A DNA stretch of 43,120 nucleotides, taken from the IMG/VR virus record IMGVR_UViG_3300048911_000054; one strand, 5' to 3'. This document shows, piece by piece, positions 9,132 to 18,021 of this stretch; positions within the stretch are counted from its first letter, which is position 1; every line of letters begins with the position of its first letter. Position numbers and translations under genes: made by a program. Under the pieces are notes generated by a model that had not been told where the DNA came from, made no database searches, and worked only from the letters and a program-made list of their open reading frames with translations. The DNA is from a virus.

Positions 9132-9593
9132 TTACGCGTCCGGCAGGTTGTCGTCCTGCTCTTGAACCTGCGCGGCTTGCTGCGGGCTCAGCGTGGACTT
9201 GGCAGCATCCTGGTTAAGGCGATCAGCTTCGGCCTGAGCCTTAGCCTTGGACTCGCCATTCTTGCCCTTCACGGCTTCGAACAGCTCACCAACGCGGTTG
9301 CCATCAGCATCGATCACTTCGAAGTTGCCAACCGGTACATGGCGCACGGTGAACTGAACGGGCACTGGCGTGAAAGGGGCAGAGGAAGGAACCGAGCCAA
9401 CTTCAGGAACCGGAGCAACCGCTGGCGCCGGAACCTTGCCGGCCTTCTGGTCCTTGGTCAGCTTTGGCGTGCCGTCGGCATTGGCCAGAACCATCCAATT
9501 GCCCGGTTCTTCATCGTCAGGGATTTCAAACCGCTCGCCCGCTTCCCGCAGATGACCGTAGAACCCCAATGCTTTCGCGATAACGAGCGGCAT
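9132..9593 (-). CDS. Hypothetical head-module protein with Pro/Ala-rich linker, 153 aa
   Basis: ORF with a coding-like codon pattern. It sits between the decoration gene and the terminator. Confidence 0.6.
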   Translation of the reverse strand: MPLVIAKALGFYGHLREAGERFEIPDDEEPGNWMVLANADGTPKLTKDQKAGKVPAPAVAPVPEVGSVPSSAPFTPVPVQFTVRHVPVGNFEVIDADGNRVGELFEAVKGKNGESKAKAQAEADRLNQDAAKSTLSPQQAAQVQEQDDNLPDA

Positions 9594-9602
9594 ACGGCCT
9601 CC

Positions 9603-10034
9603 TTACAGGTAGTCAGGGTAGTTGAAGTTGAAGTTCGCACCGTCAACGATGTGAGCCGAAACGACGCCCGCGGTCATAGGGCCGGTGGCGACCGTGTAGT
9701 TCACCCGGGTGTATCGGCGCGTTGGGATCGGGAAGCCAACCCAGAAGCCTTTTCCAGCAGTCAGCTGAGCCAGAGAGAACGGGCCCAGGCTAGCCACGTC
9801 GGCGAAGGTCACGTTATCTGCAGAGTCTTGCAGGGTCGCTTGCAGGGTCGCTGCGCCGGCGGCGGTGAAGGTCTGACTGACGTTGACGAACAGATAAAGC
9901 GGAGTGCCAGCGCCCAGGTCACGACCAATGGCCGGGTTCCTGGTTGCGCCAGCGTCCACAACGTTGGTGCTGACAGCGGTGGCGGTGACTGTCTGCTTGT
10001 CCGAGTACTGCAATTGCTTGTCGAGAATAGTCAT
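9603..10034 (-). CDS. Capsid decoration/cement protein (BPP-1 Bbp16-like by recollection), 143 aa
   Basis: Beta-rich 143-aa ORF directly after the major capsid gene. The family call is from memory. Confidence 0.55.
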   Translation of the reverse strand: MTILDKQLQYSDKQTVTATAVSTNVVDAGATRNPAIGRDLGAGTPLYLFVNVSQTFTAAGAATLQATLQDSADNVTFADVASLGPFSLAQLTAGKGFWVGFPIPTRRYTRVNYTVATGPMTAGVVSAHIVDGANFNFNYPDYL

Positions 10035-10064
10035 TTCACATCTCCTGAATGGGTGACGCGTGGA

Positions 10065-11054
10065 TTAAACCACGCGCGCTTCGGTGTTGAGGATGGCGTC
10101 TACGCGCTTGACCGGGATACCGTCGAAGGTCATGACCTTGCGGCCGGCAACTTCTTCCATGTTCAGCCAGACGTTTGACTTGTTTGCGATCTGGCGGCGC
10201 AGGAACGAACGGATGTTGCGGTTCACGTAGAACACTGCGCGACCCATGCGGGTGTTCGGCAGCAATTCGATGGCCTGGACCATCAGGTCGATCAGGTCGG
10301 CACCGGTGGCCGCGTTCTTGGTCAGCAAAGTGCGATCGATGTTCGCGATACGCACGATGTAGCGCCAGTCACGTACGGTCAGTCCGCAGTACCACAGGAA
10401 GTGAGTGCGGTAGCCTTCATATCGACCACCTGCTGGATCAAACAGAGTTTCCTGCTTGGTTGGCTCTTGCTTCAAGCCGCCAGTGGTACCCTTCGGATAG
10501 ATGCCGTGGATGATCGATTCGTCCCAGCAGATCAGCCAGATCGAGGTGTTGTTGCTGCCTGTGCCGCCGGCGTCGATGATGTTCTGGGCGTTCTCAGCGC
10601 TCAGGCTGTTGAAACGTGGCGCCAGGCCGGTGAAGCGCTCAGGGAACACGGACGAATCACCGTAGATCACGGTAGTGGCCATGTTCTGGGTCATGCCTTC
10701 CAGGAAAGCCTTGGACTCGGACAGCAGGAAAGCTGGCTTGTCGTCGGACATATCCACCAGCGCCTTGTCGACTTCGCTGTACGACTCCAGCATGCCGGTG
10801 CCATCGCGAACTTGCACTGTGGTGGACTTCTCAGGTTGGACGCCATAGTTCAGCAGGCGCCAAGTACCAGTTGGAAGGCCGGAACGAATGGTGGTCTTGT
10901 GGCCTGAGCCATCGTTGGCTGCCATCCAAGGCATGTCATCCAGGATTTCGTTGGTTGCGCCCAGGATCTCGATGATCTTGGCGATTTTGCCGTCGGTGTC
11001 TTTGCGCTTCGCAAGATCCGCCAGCGTGAGGTTGGTAGTAGCGAGTACGGCCAT
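10065..11054 (-). CDS. Major capsid protein (HK97 fold), 329 aa
   Basis: MAVLATTNLTLADLAKRKDTDGKIAKIIE... is a typical capsid N-terminus. It follows the scaffold gene and has SD AGAGGAAG. Confidence 0.8.
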   Translation of the reverse strand: MAVLATTNLTLADLAKRKDTDGKIAKIIEILGATNEILDDMPWMAANDGSGHKTTIRSGLPTGTWRLLNYGVQPEKSTTVQVRDGTGMLESYSEVDKALVDMSDDKPAFLLSESKAFLEGMTQNMATTVIYGDSSVFPERFTGLAPRFNSLSAENAQNIIDAGGTGSNNTSIWLICWDESIIHGIYPKGTTGGLKQEPTKQETLFDPAGGRYEGYRTHFLWYCGLTVRDWRYIVRIANIDRTLLTKNAATGADLIDLMVQAIELLPNTRMGRAVFYVNRNIRSFLRRQIANKSNVWLNMEEVAGRKVMTFDGIPVKRVDAILNTEARVV

Positions 11055-11078
11055 GTTGTGTCTTCCTCTGTGGTTGAG

Positions 11079-11825
11079 TTATTGCTTCGGTGTAAACACG
11101 TCGCCAAACATAACGTCGGCCGCACGTTTGTCCTCTGTTACGGATGCATCAGAGCCTGGGATTACCAGCTTGTCTTCGGAGATGGCCAGGCCTATCTTGT
11201 GCATGCCGCGAATCAGGGCTGGGTTGTTGCCGATGCCTGAGTCGTTGAGCAGTTGACGGAAGTCGTCCCCGAAAAAAGTGGAAATGGCCTTAACGGCCGT
11301 GGAAACAGTTGAGTCGAACTTGGCACCGCCAAGCTCGGGGTCGGTCTTGATCTCGTTGACCCATTTGTCGCTCTGGGCCTTCAGAGCCTGCTCAAGGAAC
11401 TCTGCGCGCCCTGTCTCGCCTGCGGCAGCTGTCTTGGCCTGCAGGTCAACCAGCTTTTGGGCCTGGGCCTGGGTCAATCCAAGCTCCTTGGCCAGCCCGT
11501 TGAACTCAGTGAGCATGGCCTCGTCGACCTGCACGCCTTCTGGAAGCTTGTAGGCCTCGTAGGTCTCAGGCACTTCATTGGCCTTGTCCTCGGCAGTCTC
11601 CCGCGCAAGCTTGGCTTCTGGAGTCTCTGCGTTGTCCTTGGCTGCCTGCTCGGCTTCCAGCTCGCCTACGGTCTTGCTGGAGTTGATGTCGGCCAGCGGG
11701 TCAGTATTGGCCGGCGCAGCATCAGCAGCTGGTGCAGCTTCAGAACCACCGCCGCCCAACAAGCTGTCGCCGCCTTCTTCCGCCAACAAAAAATGGCCAA
11801 GGGCCCTGTGAATAAACATGTTCAT
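11079..11825 (-). CDS. Scaffolding protein, 248 aa
   Basis: Acidic, Ala/Glu/Lys-rich and helical, between portal-associated and capsid genes. Start set at ATG 11825 (the track uses TTG 11831). Confidence 0.7.
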   Translation of the reverse strand: MNMFIHRALGHFLLAEEGGDSLLGGGGSEAAPAADAAPANTDPLADINSSKTVGELEAEQAAKDNAETPEAKLARETAEDKANEVPETYEAYKLPEGVQVDEAMLTEFNGLAKELGLTQAQAQKLVDLQAKTAAAGETGRAEFLEQALKAQSDKWVNEIKTDPELGGAKFDSTVSTAVKAISTFFGDDFRQLLNDSGIGNNPALIRGMHKIGLAISEDKLVIPGSDASVTEDKRAADVMFGDVFTPKQ

Positions 11826-11827
11826 GG

Positions 11828-12139
11828 TCAATTACCCTTCTCGGTTTTCGTCGTGTTCTCGTTGATCATCACCTGATACTTCTCGGGACAATCGGTTTGG
11901 ATCTTGCTGATCAGCATCAGACCCACGTTGCGGCGCCCTTCCATGTATGCCATCTGTGCGTGACTTTCAATCGGCATTGCCTTGAACGCCCCGAACTCTT
12001 GCAACATGAACCATACGAAGCGCCTGCCGCCGTCTGTGGCCATTATGCCCCGAAAGTCATCCGACAGTTGGTGTTCGCGCATTGCGGCCAACCTGCGAGC
12101 TTCCAGGGCCTCCTTGGCCGTCATGCCTTCTGTATTCAT
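11828..12139 (-). CDS. Small conserved head-module protein (Bbp19-like by recollection), 103 aa
   Basis: ATGA-type overlap with the portal stop. Motif FVWFMLQEFG...MAYMEGRRNVGL. Confidence 0.5.
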   Translation of the reverse strand: MNTEGMTAKEALEARRLAAMREHQLSDDFRGIMATDGGRRFVWFMLQEFGAFKAMPIESHAQMAYMEGRRNVGLMLISKIQTDCPEKYQVMINENTTKTEKGN

Positions 12140-13833
12140 TGCTGCACCTGGTTGGCCAGGGTGGTCAGGGCGTTATCGCCACCAGTGTCCGTCTCGGAAA
12201 GCAGTTTAGCGCCTTCCACAACCTGCTGCATTTGGGCCTGCTGCTGGGCCTGCTGCTGTGCTTGAGCGCGCTGATCACGAATCTGGGCCACCTGCTCGTC
12301 AGAATTCAGCATGGTTGGCGGCACGCCGATCGCGCTGAAGTACTCGTTGATGGTCTGGTCGATGTTCAGCTTGTCGGCTGCCTGCGGGAACGACTGGGCC
12401 AGGTTACCAGTGAAGGCCAGAGCCCGCTCAATGGAGCTGACGCCCAATGCTTTCTGCGCCTGAGCCAGGATACTGATGTACTCGACAGCCAGATCCATGC
12501 CCTGGAGTTCCTGCGGAGGTGGCGGCAACACTGGCTTACCAGGCAGTAGCCCCTGCCAGCGTGGCATCGACTGCTCAAGCATCAGCTGGAAGGTGATATC
12601 AATCAGCGGATCCAGCAACTCATCGTTCTGGCGCTCAAGCACTGGGCCCAGCATCAGCATCTTCTCTTCCTTGCGCGTGGCGATCTCGGTCGCGGTACGC
12701 ACGGAGTCCATGTTGCTGATCATCAGGAACAGGTCTTCGTAGAAGGTCGTTTTGATGCGCCGCTCGCTGGACTGGATCTCGCCACGCAGCTGACCAAGCC
12801 AGTTCGGGTCAATGGTGTAGAGCGGGGCGAACTTTGCGCCAACTTGTGAGTCAGGAACCCACGTCACGTCACCAGGGACAATGGACACGCGGTCATTGCG
12901 CATCGAGGCCGGCGCACCCATTGGGGGCTTCACACCCTTCTTGAGCAGTTCCAGCTTGTCGCGTTCCATGATCTGTAGGCTCAGCACCTCACCAATGCAG
13001 AAAGAGCCAGGACCCTTGCCGTATACGTTCTCACCGGTGACCTTCCACCGCGGCGCCATGATCGGGAACTTCTTGAACCCGCTGACCTTCAGGATCTCGT
13101 TGCGCGGGCTGCCCTTCTCCCAGTACACGGACCGATAGGGCATGTTCTTATTGTCCATGCGCCCCGGCTCGCGATCGCTGTTTGGCTCGATGGCATGGCA
13201 TACCTCAACCCAAGCTTCGCTGTTAAGGTCCAACATGTTCTTGACCGTAGCTGACAGCTTGTCCCTGCCGAACTGTTGGGCCATCTGGCGTGGTGTCATG
13301 CTGAAATCGCGATACAGCGTGTCGACCAGCGACCGGTTGGATGTGGCCAGGTAGTAACTGCCGATGGTGAAGTTGTAGAACCTAACCACGGTCTTGTCAT
13401 CAGGGATTGCAGCTATAACGCCGGTACCAAAAACGCCCTGCTCCCCATAGCACGAGGGCAGGACGTTGTAGAGGTTGGACCGGATGAACACTTCCCGCAT
13501 CGCGTTCTGGCAGTACCACAGCCAGTTCTTAACTGGGGCGTATTCAGTCAGCTGCGGATCTGGGGCGGCCAGCTCAAACCACGGACGAGCCGGGCTTGTC
13601 ATGCCTGACTGCATGCCAGCAGCCAGGACGCCAGCGGAGATGGTGGCCGTGTTGTTGATGATGCGCTGATCCCTTCGGCCGCCGTCGTTGACCTCTTCGT
13701 CAGGGAAGCGGCCGGTGTCTGGATCAATGTTGTCGCGCAACACCATCCAGTTCTGGTCCCAAGTCTTGACCCGCTCGTTTCGGAGCTGATCGCGCTTGTT
13801 CTCCAGCTTGTCCCGCAGCTTGTCGTTATCCAT
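12136..13833 (-). CDS. Portal (podovirus head-to-tail connector, T7 gp8-like), 565 aa
   Basis: Size, position downstream of terminase, and an acidic Gln-rich C-terminus. Confidence 0.75.
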   Translation of the reverse strand: MDNDKLRDKLENKRDQLRNERVKTWDQNWMVLRDNIDPDTGRFPDEEVNDGGRRDQRIINNTATISAGVLAAGMQSGMTSPARPWFELAAPDPQLTEYAPVKNWLWYCQNAMREVFIRSNLYNVLPSCYGEQGVFGTGVIAAIPDDKTVVRFYNFTIGSYYLATSNRSLVDTLYRDFSMTPRQMAQQFGRDKLSATVKNMLDLNSEAWVEVCHAIEPNSDREPGRMDNKNMPYRSVYWEKGSPRNEILKVSGFKKFPIMAPRWKVTGENVYGKGPGSFCIGEVLSLQIMERDKLELLKKGVKPPMGAPASMRNDRVSIVPGDVTWVPDSQVGAKFAPLYTIDPNWLGQLRGEIQSSERRIKTTFYEDLFLMISNMDSVRTATEIATRKEEKMLMLGPVLERQNDELLDPLIDITFQLMLEQSMPRWQGLLPGKPVLPPPPQELQGMDLAVEYISILAQAQKALGVSSIERALAFTGNLAQSFPQAADKLNIDQTINEYFSAIGVPPTMLNSDEQVAQIRDQRAQAQQQAQQQAQMQQVVEGAKLLSETDTGGDNALTTLANQVQQ

Positions 13834-13836
13834 GGG

Positions 13837-14136
13837 TTATTGCCCCAGCAGGGTCTTGCCGCCGCTGGTGCTGCCTGCGAGACCGCCGGCGCCAGTGAGG
13901 ATTGTTGAATTCTGCCCAGCCAGTGCCAGCTTGCGTTGGCGCTCAGCCTCGCGTGCAGCTGAAACGTCATCGCCACCCAGGGTTGGCGTGTTGGTAGCCG
14001 TGGTGGCGATGGCTGCCCGATCCAGTGCTGCCTGTTCATTGGCGTTCTTCTGCGCAGCCGCCGCCTTCTCGCCATACACGTCGAGAGGGTCAGGAAGGCC
14101 CAGCGGGTCCATGATCTTGCGGATGTTCTTGCCCAT
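13837..14136 (-). CDS. Hypothetical small protein upstream of portal, 99 aa
   Basis: Tightly packed ORF; Ala/Gly-rich; ends ...GGKTLLGQ. Confidence 0.55.
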   Translation of the reverse strand: MGKNIRKIMDPLGLPDPLDVYGEKAAAAQKNANEQAALDRAAIATTATNTPTLGGDDVSAAREAERQRKLALAGQNSTILTGAGGLAGSTSGGKTLLGQ

Positions 14137-14138
14137 GT

Positions 14139-14561
14139 CTATCTCCAGATGAATGTGAAGTGTGCCGTGTCGGCGGTTGTGCGTACCTTCCTGAACCCGG
14201 CTGCACGCAAGAATACCTGCGCAGCGCGGTCATGGGCAGAGCATGAGGCGTCGGCCACGATGATGCCGGTGTGCTGCATCCACTGCCTGATCTGATTGTG
14301 GGTGATTCTTGCGATATCTGCACCAATACCCTTGCAGGCCTGGCGGTCGATGACGGCGAAGGCGTCAGCCTTGCGCCTGGTGATCGGGATGTAACCAATG
14401 GCGGCCACTGGCACTCCATCCAGGTAGATCGACCGCATGTCGTGGGCATCTCGCTCAGTTATGGCTGCCCAGTCATGGAATGGATCAGGCTCACTGCACG
14501 GGATGCTGGCGAGCTGGCCCCGGCGGTACGGCCCAAGCTCAGGCAAACGGATCGTACTCAT
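14139..14561 (-). CDS. GNAT-like (acetyltransferase-fold) protein between terminase and portal, 140 aa
   Basis: RQACKGIGADIARI (Q/RxxGxG/A-like) and AAQVFLRAAGFRKV signatures. Overlaps the terL 3' end by 23 nt. Confidence 0.5.
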   Translation of the reverse strand: MSTIRLPELGPYRRGQLASIPCSEPDPFHDWAAITERDAHDMRSIYLDGVPVAAIGYIPITRRKADAFAVIDRQACKGIGADIARITHNQIRQWMQHTGIIVADASCSAHDRAAQVFLRAAGFRKVRTTADTAHFTFIWR

Positions 14562-16035
14562 GAACGAGACCTCCAGCGCTGGCGCCTTTGATGTGCTTGG
14601 CCTTCATGACCGGCATTGTGCACGTCAATGCGAGTGCATCACCGTCATCAGGAGAGATGCCCAGGCGCTTCTTCAGCTCGGACTTCTTCTCCAGCATGAT
14701 CTGATCCTTTGCGTTGTGGCCGTATTCGGGGCTGCACAGCTCGCGCTCAAGCGCTGGATCATCCTCGATGGCCAGACCTGCCTTAAGCATCTCGCGCAGG
14801 CGCCACCAGATATAAGTGCGCATGTTGGCGTAGTGACGGTCTGGTGCCTGGTTGGCAAATCCTACGTCAATCACCGTGGTGCCGGGCATGAGACGGCGCA
14901 GCTGGTCCGCGATTGGACCGCCAACACCGGTGGAGTCGACGAACACGGCGTCTGGACGCAGCTCCTGGATAACGGTAACAGCCTTGGCGATGAATAGCGT
15001 GGTGTCTCGTGTCTCGCTGCCTGGGATCTTGATCACGGGGAATGAACGCGCGTCCAGACCACGACGGAAGCGCACCACGTTGTTATCAGCGCCGCCCCGT
15101 GCAATGTCGATGCCGCACACAAGCGCGTCATCCATGCCGTAATAGGGCTCACGGCGCATGGCATCAGCCACCCAGTCAGAAGAGATCAGCTGCAAGTCGG
15201 AAGCCCTCGGGAACATGCCACGGACGCGGACGCGGAAGAAGTCGGAGTCTTCGCCATAGTCCTTGTTCCACTGCTCAATAAGCACCTTGTTGGTCATCTT
15301 GGCCTTGCGGCTGTCGACGGTCTTGTTGTTCCACCGGTGGGCGAAGCGTGTGAAGCAGTCGTGGAAGCGACCACTGTTCCGGGTCGGGTTGCCGAACGCG
15401 AACCAAAAGGGCTCACCGTCAGTCAGGCCACCCTCTGCCACCTCCCATATCTTGTCTGGCACGGCCGAGGCTTCGTCGAACAGATACCAGGGCGACGAGG
15501 TTGCAGCGTGCAGGCCGGCGAACGACTCGCTGTTCTCTTCACGGCAGGTCTGGCCATCCACGCGCCAGGTCTCTTTATGCTCCTTGTGGAACATGTTCAT
15601 GTTGCCCTTGCCGTTGTTGTACTCAAACCAGTGGCCGGTGATGCAGCGTTTCTTCCACTTGCCGAGTTCGCCCCAGGTCTTTGTGCGCAGCTGGTCGCTG
15701 GTGTTGGAGGTGACGACGCCCTTGCTGTGCGGCCTGGTGGACATGATGTAAAGCGTCACCCATGCACTGAAGGCGCTCTTGCCGATACCGTGGCCAGAGC
15801 TGGTGGCCGATCGGTAGGCCTGGACCGGGTTGATCCCGTCGAAGTTGTTGAGGCGTATTGCATGGCCCCACGCCTCAAGCTCCAACCGCTGCCATTCATC
15901 CGGCCCATCGAAGCCTTCCAGCTCGCCAACACCCCATTCAAACGCATACATGACCCAGCCCAGCGGATCATAGAAGAATCGGCCCATGTCCTCAGCCAGG
16001 AGAACGTCGGGGTCAATCCTGCTCTGGGGCTGCAT
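14539..16035 (-). CDS. terL: Terminase large subunit, 498 aa
   Basis: ATPase-like GHGIGKSAFSAW (Walker A-like) and WYLFDEAS (Walker B-like), plus a C-terminal nuclease-like region. Overlaps terS. Confidence 0.85.
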   Translation of the reverse strand: MQPQSRIDPDVLLAEDMGRFFYDPLGWVMYAFEWGVGELEGFDGPDEWQRLELEAWGHAIRLNNFDGINPVQAYRSATSSGHGIGKSAFSAWVTLYIMSTRPHSKGVVTSNTSDQLRTKTWGELGKWKKRCITGHWFEYNNGKGNMNMFHKEHKETWRVDGQTCREENSESFAGLHAATSSPWYLFDEASAVPDKIWEVAEGGLTDGEPFWFAFGNPTRNSGRFHDCFTRFAHRWNNKTVDSRKAKMTNKVLIEQWNKDYGEDSDFFRVRVRGMFPRASDLQLISSDWVADAMRREPYYGMDDALVCGIDIARGGADNNVVRFRRGLDARSFPVIKIPGSETRDTTLFIAKAVTVIQELRPDAVFVDSTGVGGPIADQLRRLMPGTTVIDVGFANQAPDRHYANMRTYIWWRLREMLKAGLAIEDDPALERELCSPEYGHNAKDQIMLEKKSELKKRLGISPDDGDALALTCTMPVMKAKHIKGASAGGLVHEYDPFA

Positions 16036-16459
16036 TCTTGCGCGCTCTCATGATGCGGTCTGTGAGTTCCACGGTGCCGGTGTGCTGGACTTCCTGCTTG
16101 TCGCTCCAGCTGTTGGACTTGCGGTTTTTCAGCCAGAAGATCATTGCGGTCGTATCCGGCGGGTAATAGCGCTCAACTTCTACCTTGGTCAGCTTACCGC
16201 CAACCACCTTGAGTTCCGTCTCAGTGCGCGTGTAACCCATGGCCCTACGGTACAGCGAATCCTCGACGTTCGAGTCTGCAATGGGCTTTGCGACCCTTAT
16301 GGCGGCCAGAAAATCTGGGTATTCAAGCTTCCAGGTCGTGATGGTGCTGACTGAAACGCGAAAAGCTCGAGCCAAGTCTGCGTCCACTGCGCCATTCAGG
16401 CATAGGTTCTTGGCGATCTCTACGTACTCAGCTCTGTATTTGGTTGGTCTACCTGCCAC
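16013..16459 (-). CDS. terS: Terminase small subunit, 148 aa
   Basis: MAGRPTKYRAEYVEIAKNLCLNGAVDADLARAFRVSVSTITTWK is the classic terS HTH N-terminus. Confidence 0.8.
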   Translation of the reverse strand: MAGRPTKYRAEYVEIAKNLCLNGAVDADLARAFRVSVSTITTWKLEYPDFLAAIRVAKPIADSNVEDSLYRRAMGYTRTETELKVVGGKLTKVEVERYYPPDTTAMIFWLKNRKSNSWSDKQEVQHTGTVELTDRIMRARKNAAPEQD

Positions 16460-16475
16460 GGTTATTTACTCCCCT

Positions 16476-16820
16476 TCACTGAAGCCCTAACAGCTTCTTG
16501 ACGATCTCACCAATGACCGGGCCCATGGCAAATATGCCGCTGATGATGCCGCCAATCCACAGCACGCCCTTGATGAATGATTGATTGCGGATGTTCTCAG
16601 ACTTCAGCTCTTGGATGCCGCTGTCGAGTTTGATGCCAATGCCGCGGGAGATCTCTTTGATGGCTGTCATCTCACCCTGGAGCTGACCGGCGATGAACTC
16701 TACCTGCTGCACGCGAGAGGGGAGCCGTTCACTCTCAAGTTGTGAAACGCGGAATTCAAGGTTGTCGTTCATTTGGAATAGCCTCCGTTGGCCCTCGGCC
16801 AGTTCGTTCTCTTCAGACAT
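16476..16820 (-). CDS. Coiled-coil protein with C-terminal TM helix (XhlA/holin-like architecture), 114 aa
   Basis: Start set at ATG 16820 (MSEENELAEG...) with SD GAGGGGA. C-terminal VLWIGGIISGIFAMGPVIG. Confidence 0.6.
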   Translation of the reverse strand: MSEENELAEGQRRLFQMNDNLEFRVSQLESERLPSRVQQVEFIAGQLQGEMTAIKEISRGIGIKLDSGIQELKSENIRNQSFIKGVLWIGGIISGIFAMGPVIGEIVKKLLGLQ

Positions 16821-16857
16821 CGTTATCCCCTCATTGTTTGTGGCCATGGGCCAGATA

Positions 16858-16886
16858 GCAAAAAGCCCGGCATTGCGGCCGGGCTT
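16858..16886 (-). terminator. Strong intrinsic terminator upstream of the packaging/late genes
   Basis: Minus-sense AAGCCCGGC-cgcaau-GCCGGGCUU followed by UUUUU. Confidence 0.75.
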
Positions 16887-16961
16887 GGTGTCTTGTAGCT
16901 GCTGGCAGCGTGACAGAAGGTTCAACGATACCGAAGGGCCATCTGTACAACAAGTGTAGGG

Positions 16962-17171
16962 CTATTCTTCCGGCTCAGTGGTGGCTTCAGGTACCAGTGC
17001 GTCCTGGGCAAGGCGGTCGGCAACCTTGGAAAGGGTCAGGATGCACTTCTGGTATTCCTGGTAGATCGGACCGTCTTGCGGGTATACCGATGCGGCGGTC
17101 ATGGCCTGGGCGATAACGCCAGTGCACTTGATTGCGGCTTCAAGGGAATCAGGGTTGATGATGATGCTCAT
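16962..17171 (-). CDS. Hypothetical acidic protein, 69 aa
   Basis: ATG with SD AGGAG. Lies inside the short unit bounded by two terminators. Confidence 0.55.
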   Translation of the reverse strand: MSIIINPDSLEAAIKCTGVIAQAMTAASVYPQDGPIYQEYQKCILTLSKVADRLAQDALVPEATTEPEE

Positions 17172-17200
17172 GCTGCGCTCCTACGTAAATTGTGGGGGTG

Positions 17201-17329
17201 TCAGCCCTGGCCAAGCTGCGCGATTGCGAATGTGGACGCAAACAGAGCCGTAAAGGTCAGGGGATTCGGGAAGAAACTGATGCCTGCGACGACTGCGGCG
17301 AGAATGGCGAGCTGGATCAGGAAGGTCAT
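17201..17329 (-). CDS. Small hydrophobic (two-TM) protein, 42 aa
   Basis: Start set at ATG 17329 (MTFLIQLAILAAVVAGISFF...) with SD AAGAGG. Confidence 0.45.
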   Translation of the reverse strand: MTFLIQLAILAAVVAGISFFPNPLTFTALFASTFAIAQLGQG

Positions 17330-17360
17330 GCGGAACCTCTTCACGGTTTTTTGAGGCTCA

Positions 17361-17369
17361 ATAATACCA
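17361..17369 (-). promoter_or_regulatory. Candidate extended -10 promoter (TGgTATTAT) of the leader/late unit
   Basis: Minus-sense GTGGTATTAT lies just downstream of the early-left terminator. No good -35. Confidence 0.4.
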
Positions 17370-17376
17370 CAGGCAT

Positions 17377-17411
17377 AAAAAAGCCCCACCGGGTTAGGGC
17401 GGGGCTTTTTT
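17377..17411. terminator. Bidirectional intrinsic terminator ending the early-left operon
   Basis: AAAAAAGCCCCaCC-gggttag-GGcGGGGCTTTTTT, with A/T runs on both sides. Confidence 0.75.
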
Positions 17412-17432
17412 CGGGCCGAGGCCGATCAGTAC

Positions 17433-17741
17433 TTATGCGCTCAGGTTGATGGCGGCAGGCCAATCAGGTACAGCCATCGGTACAGCGCCGATCAGGCCGA
17501 AGTGGTTGCTCAAAGCGATCAGGTTGGACTTGATATGACTGGAACCGGTATCACTACCACTTCGCCACTGAGCCAGTGTCAGCTCATGCTTGGTGTGCTC
17601 GCCACCGTACGGCTGCACGTATGCAACTACGCGGTAGATGCTTTCGCCAAAGCCAACACGCTCGGAAGCGTAGGAGCTAAGCGAACCCAGGCACGTCGCC
17701 AAGGCAAAACCGATAAAACTCAGACAGCGCTTGATCATCAT
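17433..17741 (-). CDS. Secreted or lipid-anchored small protein, 102 aa
   Basis: MMIKRCLSFIGFALATCLGSLSSYA|SE signal peptide. SD GGAGA. Last gene of the early-left operon. Confidence 0.6.
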   Translation of the reverse strand: MMIKRCLSFIGFALATCLGSLSSYASERVGFGESIYRVVAYVQPYGGEHTKHELTLAQWRSGSDTGSSHIKSNLIALSNHFGLIGAVPMAVPDWPAAINLSA

Positions 17742-17897
17742 GTTCAATCTCCATTGCAATGGGATGATTCCGCATCTGCGGGCACTTGGCGTTGGTTGAT
17801 GCTTGCCGGTTACCTTTATCCGGCGCCAGGTGTTTCCACTTGGAGGTGCGTTCCGTTCTGATCCACAGCGTTGTGCTGGTTCACTGCCGGCGTAGCA

Positions 17898-17971
17898 TGG
17901 AGCGGGTAGAGGGAGTCGAACCCTTCTCTGGTCAGCTTGGAAGGCTGCCGGCCCACCTTGGGCTTATCCGC
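17898..17971 (-). tRNA. tRNA-Gly(UCC), non-canonical (A.C mismatches, short D-loop)
   Basis: Reverse complement GCGGATAAGCCCAAGGTGGGCCGGCAGCCTTCCAAGCTGACCAGAGAAGGGTTCGACTCCCTCTACCCGCTCCA. Anticodon loop CU-UCC-AA, T-loop GGTTCGACTCC, encoded CCA. Confidence 0.6.
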
Positions 17972-18021
17972 GAATTTGGTTGCACGCACCTTGTACTCGC
18001 TAGCGGCGTGCCTGCGCTGTT

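Noticed and set aside
9162-10178. 338-aa plus-strand ORF across the decoration and 153-aa genes
   Set aside because: It spans two well-supported minus-strand genes and their intergenic SD. Arg/Gly-rich antisense composition.
15337-16053. 238-aa plus-strand ORF inside terL; similarly 42015..42731 inside the giant gene
   Set aside because: Antisense shadow ORFs within strongly supported genes.
17760-17897. Possible third tRNA or ncRNA downstream of tRNA-Gly, and an 86-nt spacer (18097..18182) upstream of tRNA-Trp
   Set aside because: No GTTCGA-type T-loop or cloverleaf could be built. Only short hairpins are present (CCAGGTG-tttc-CACTTGG; GCCCCA-gtga-TGGGGC). These may be processing signals, but the evidence is too weak to call a gene.
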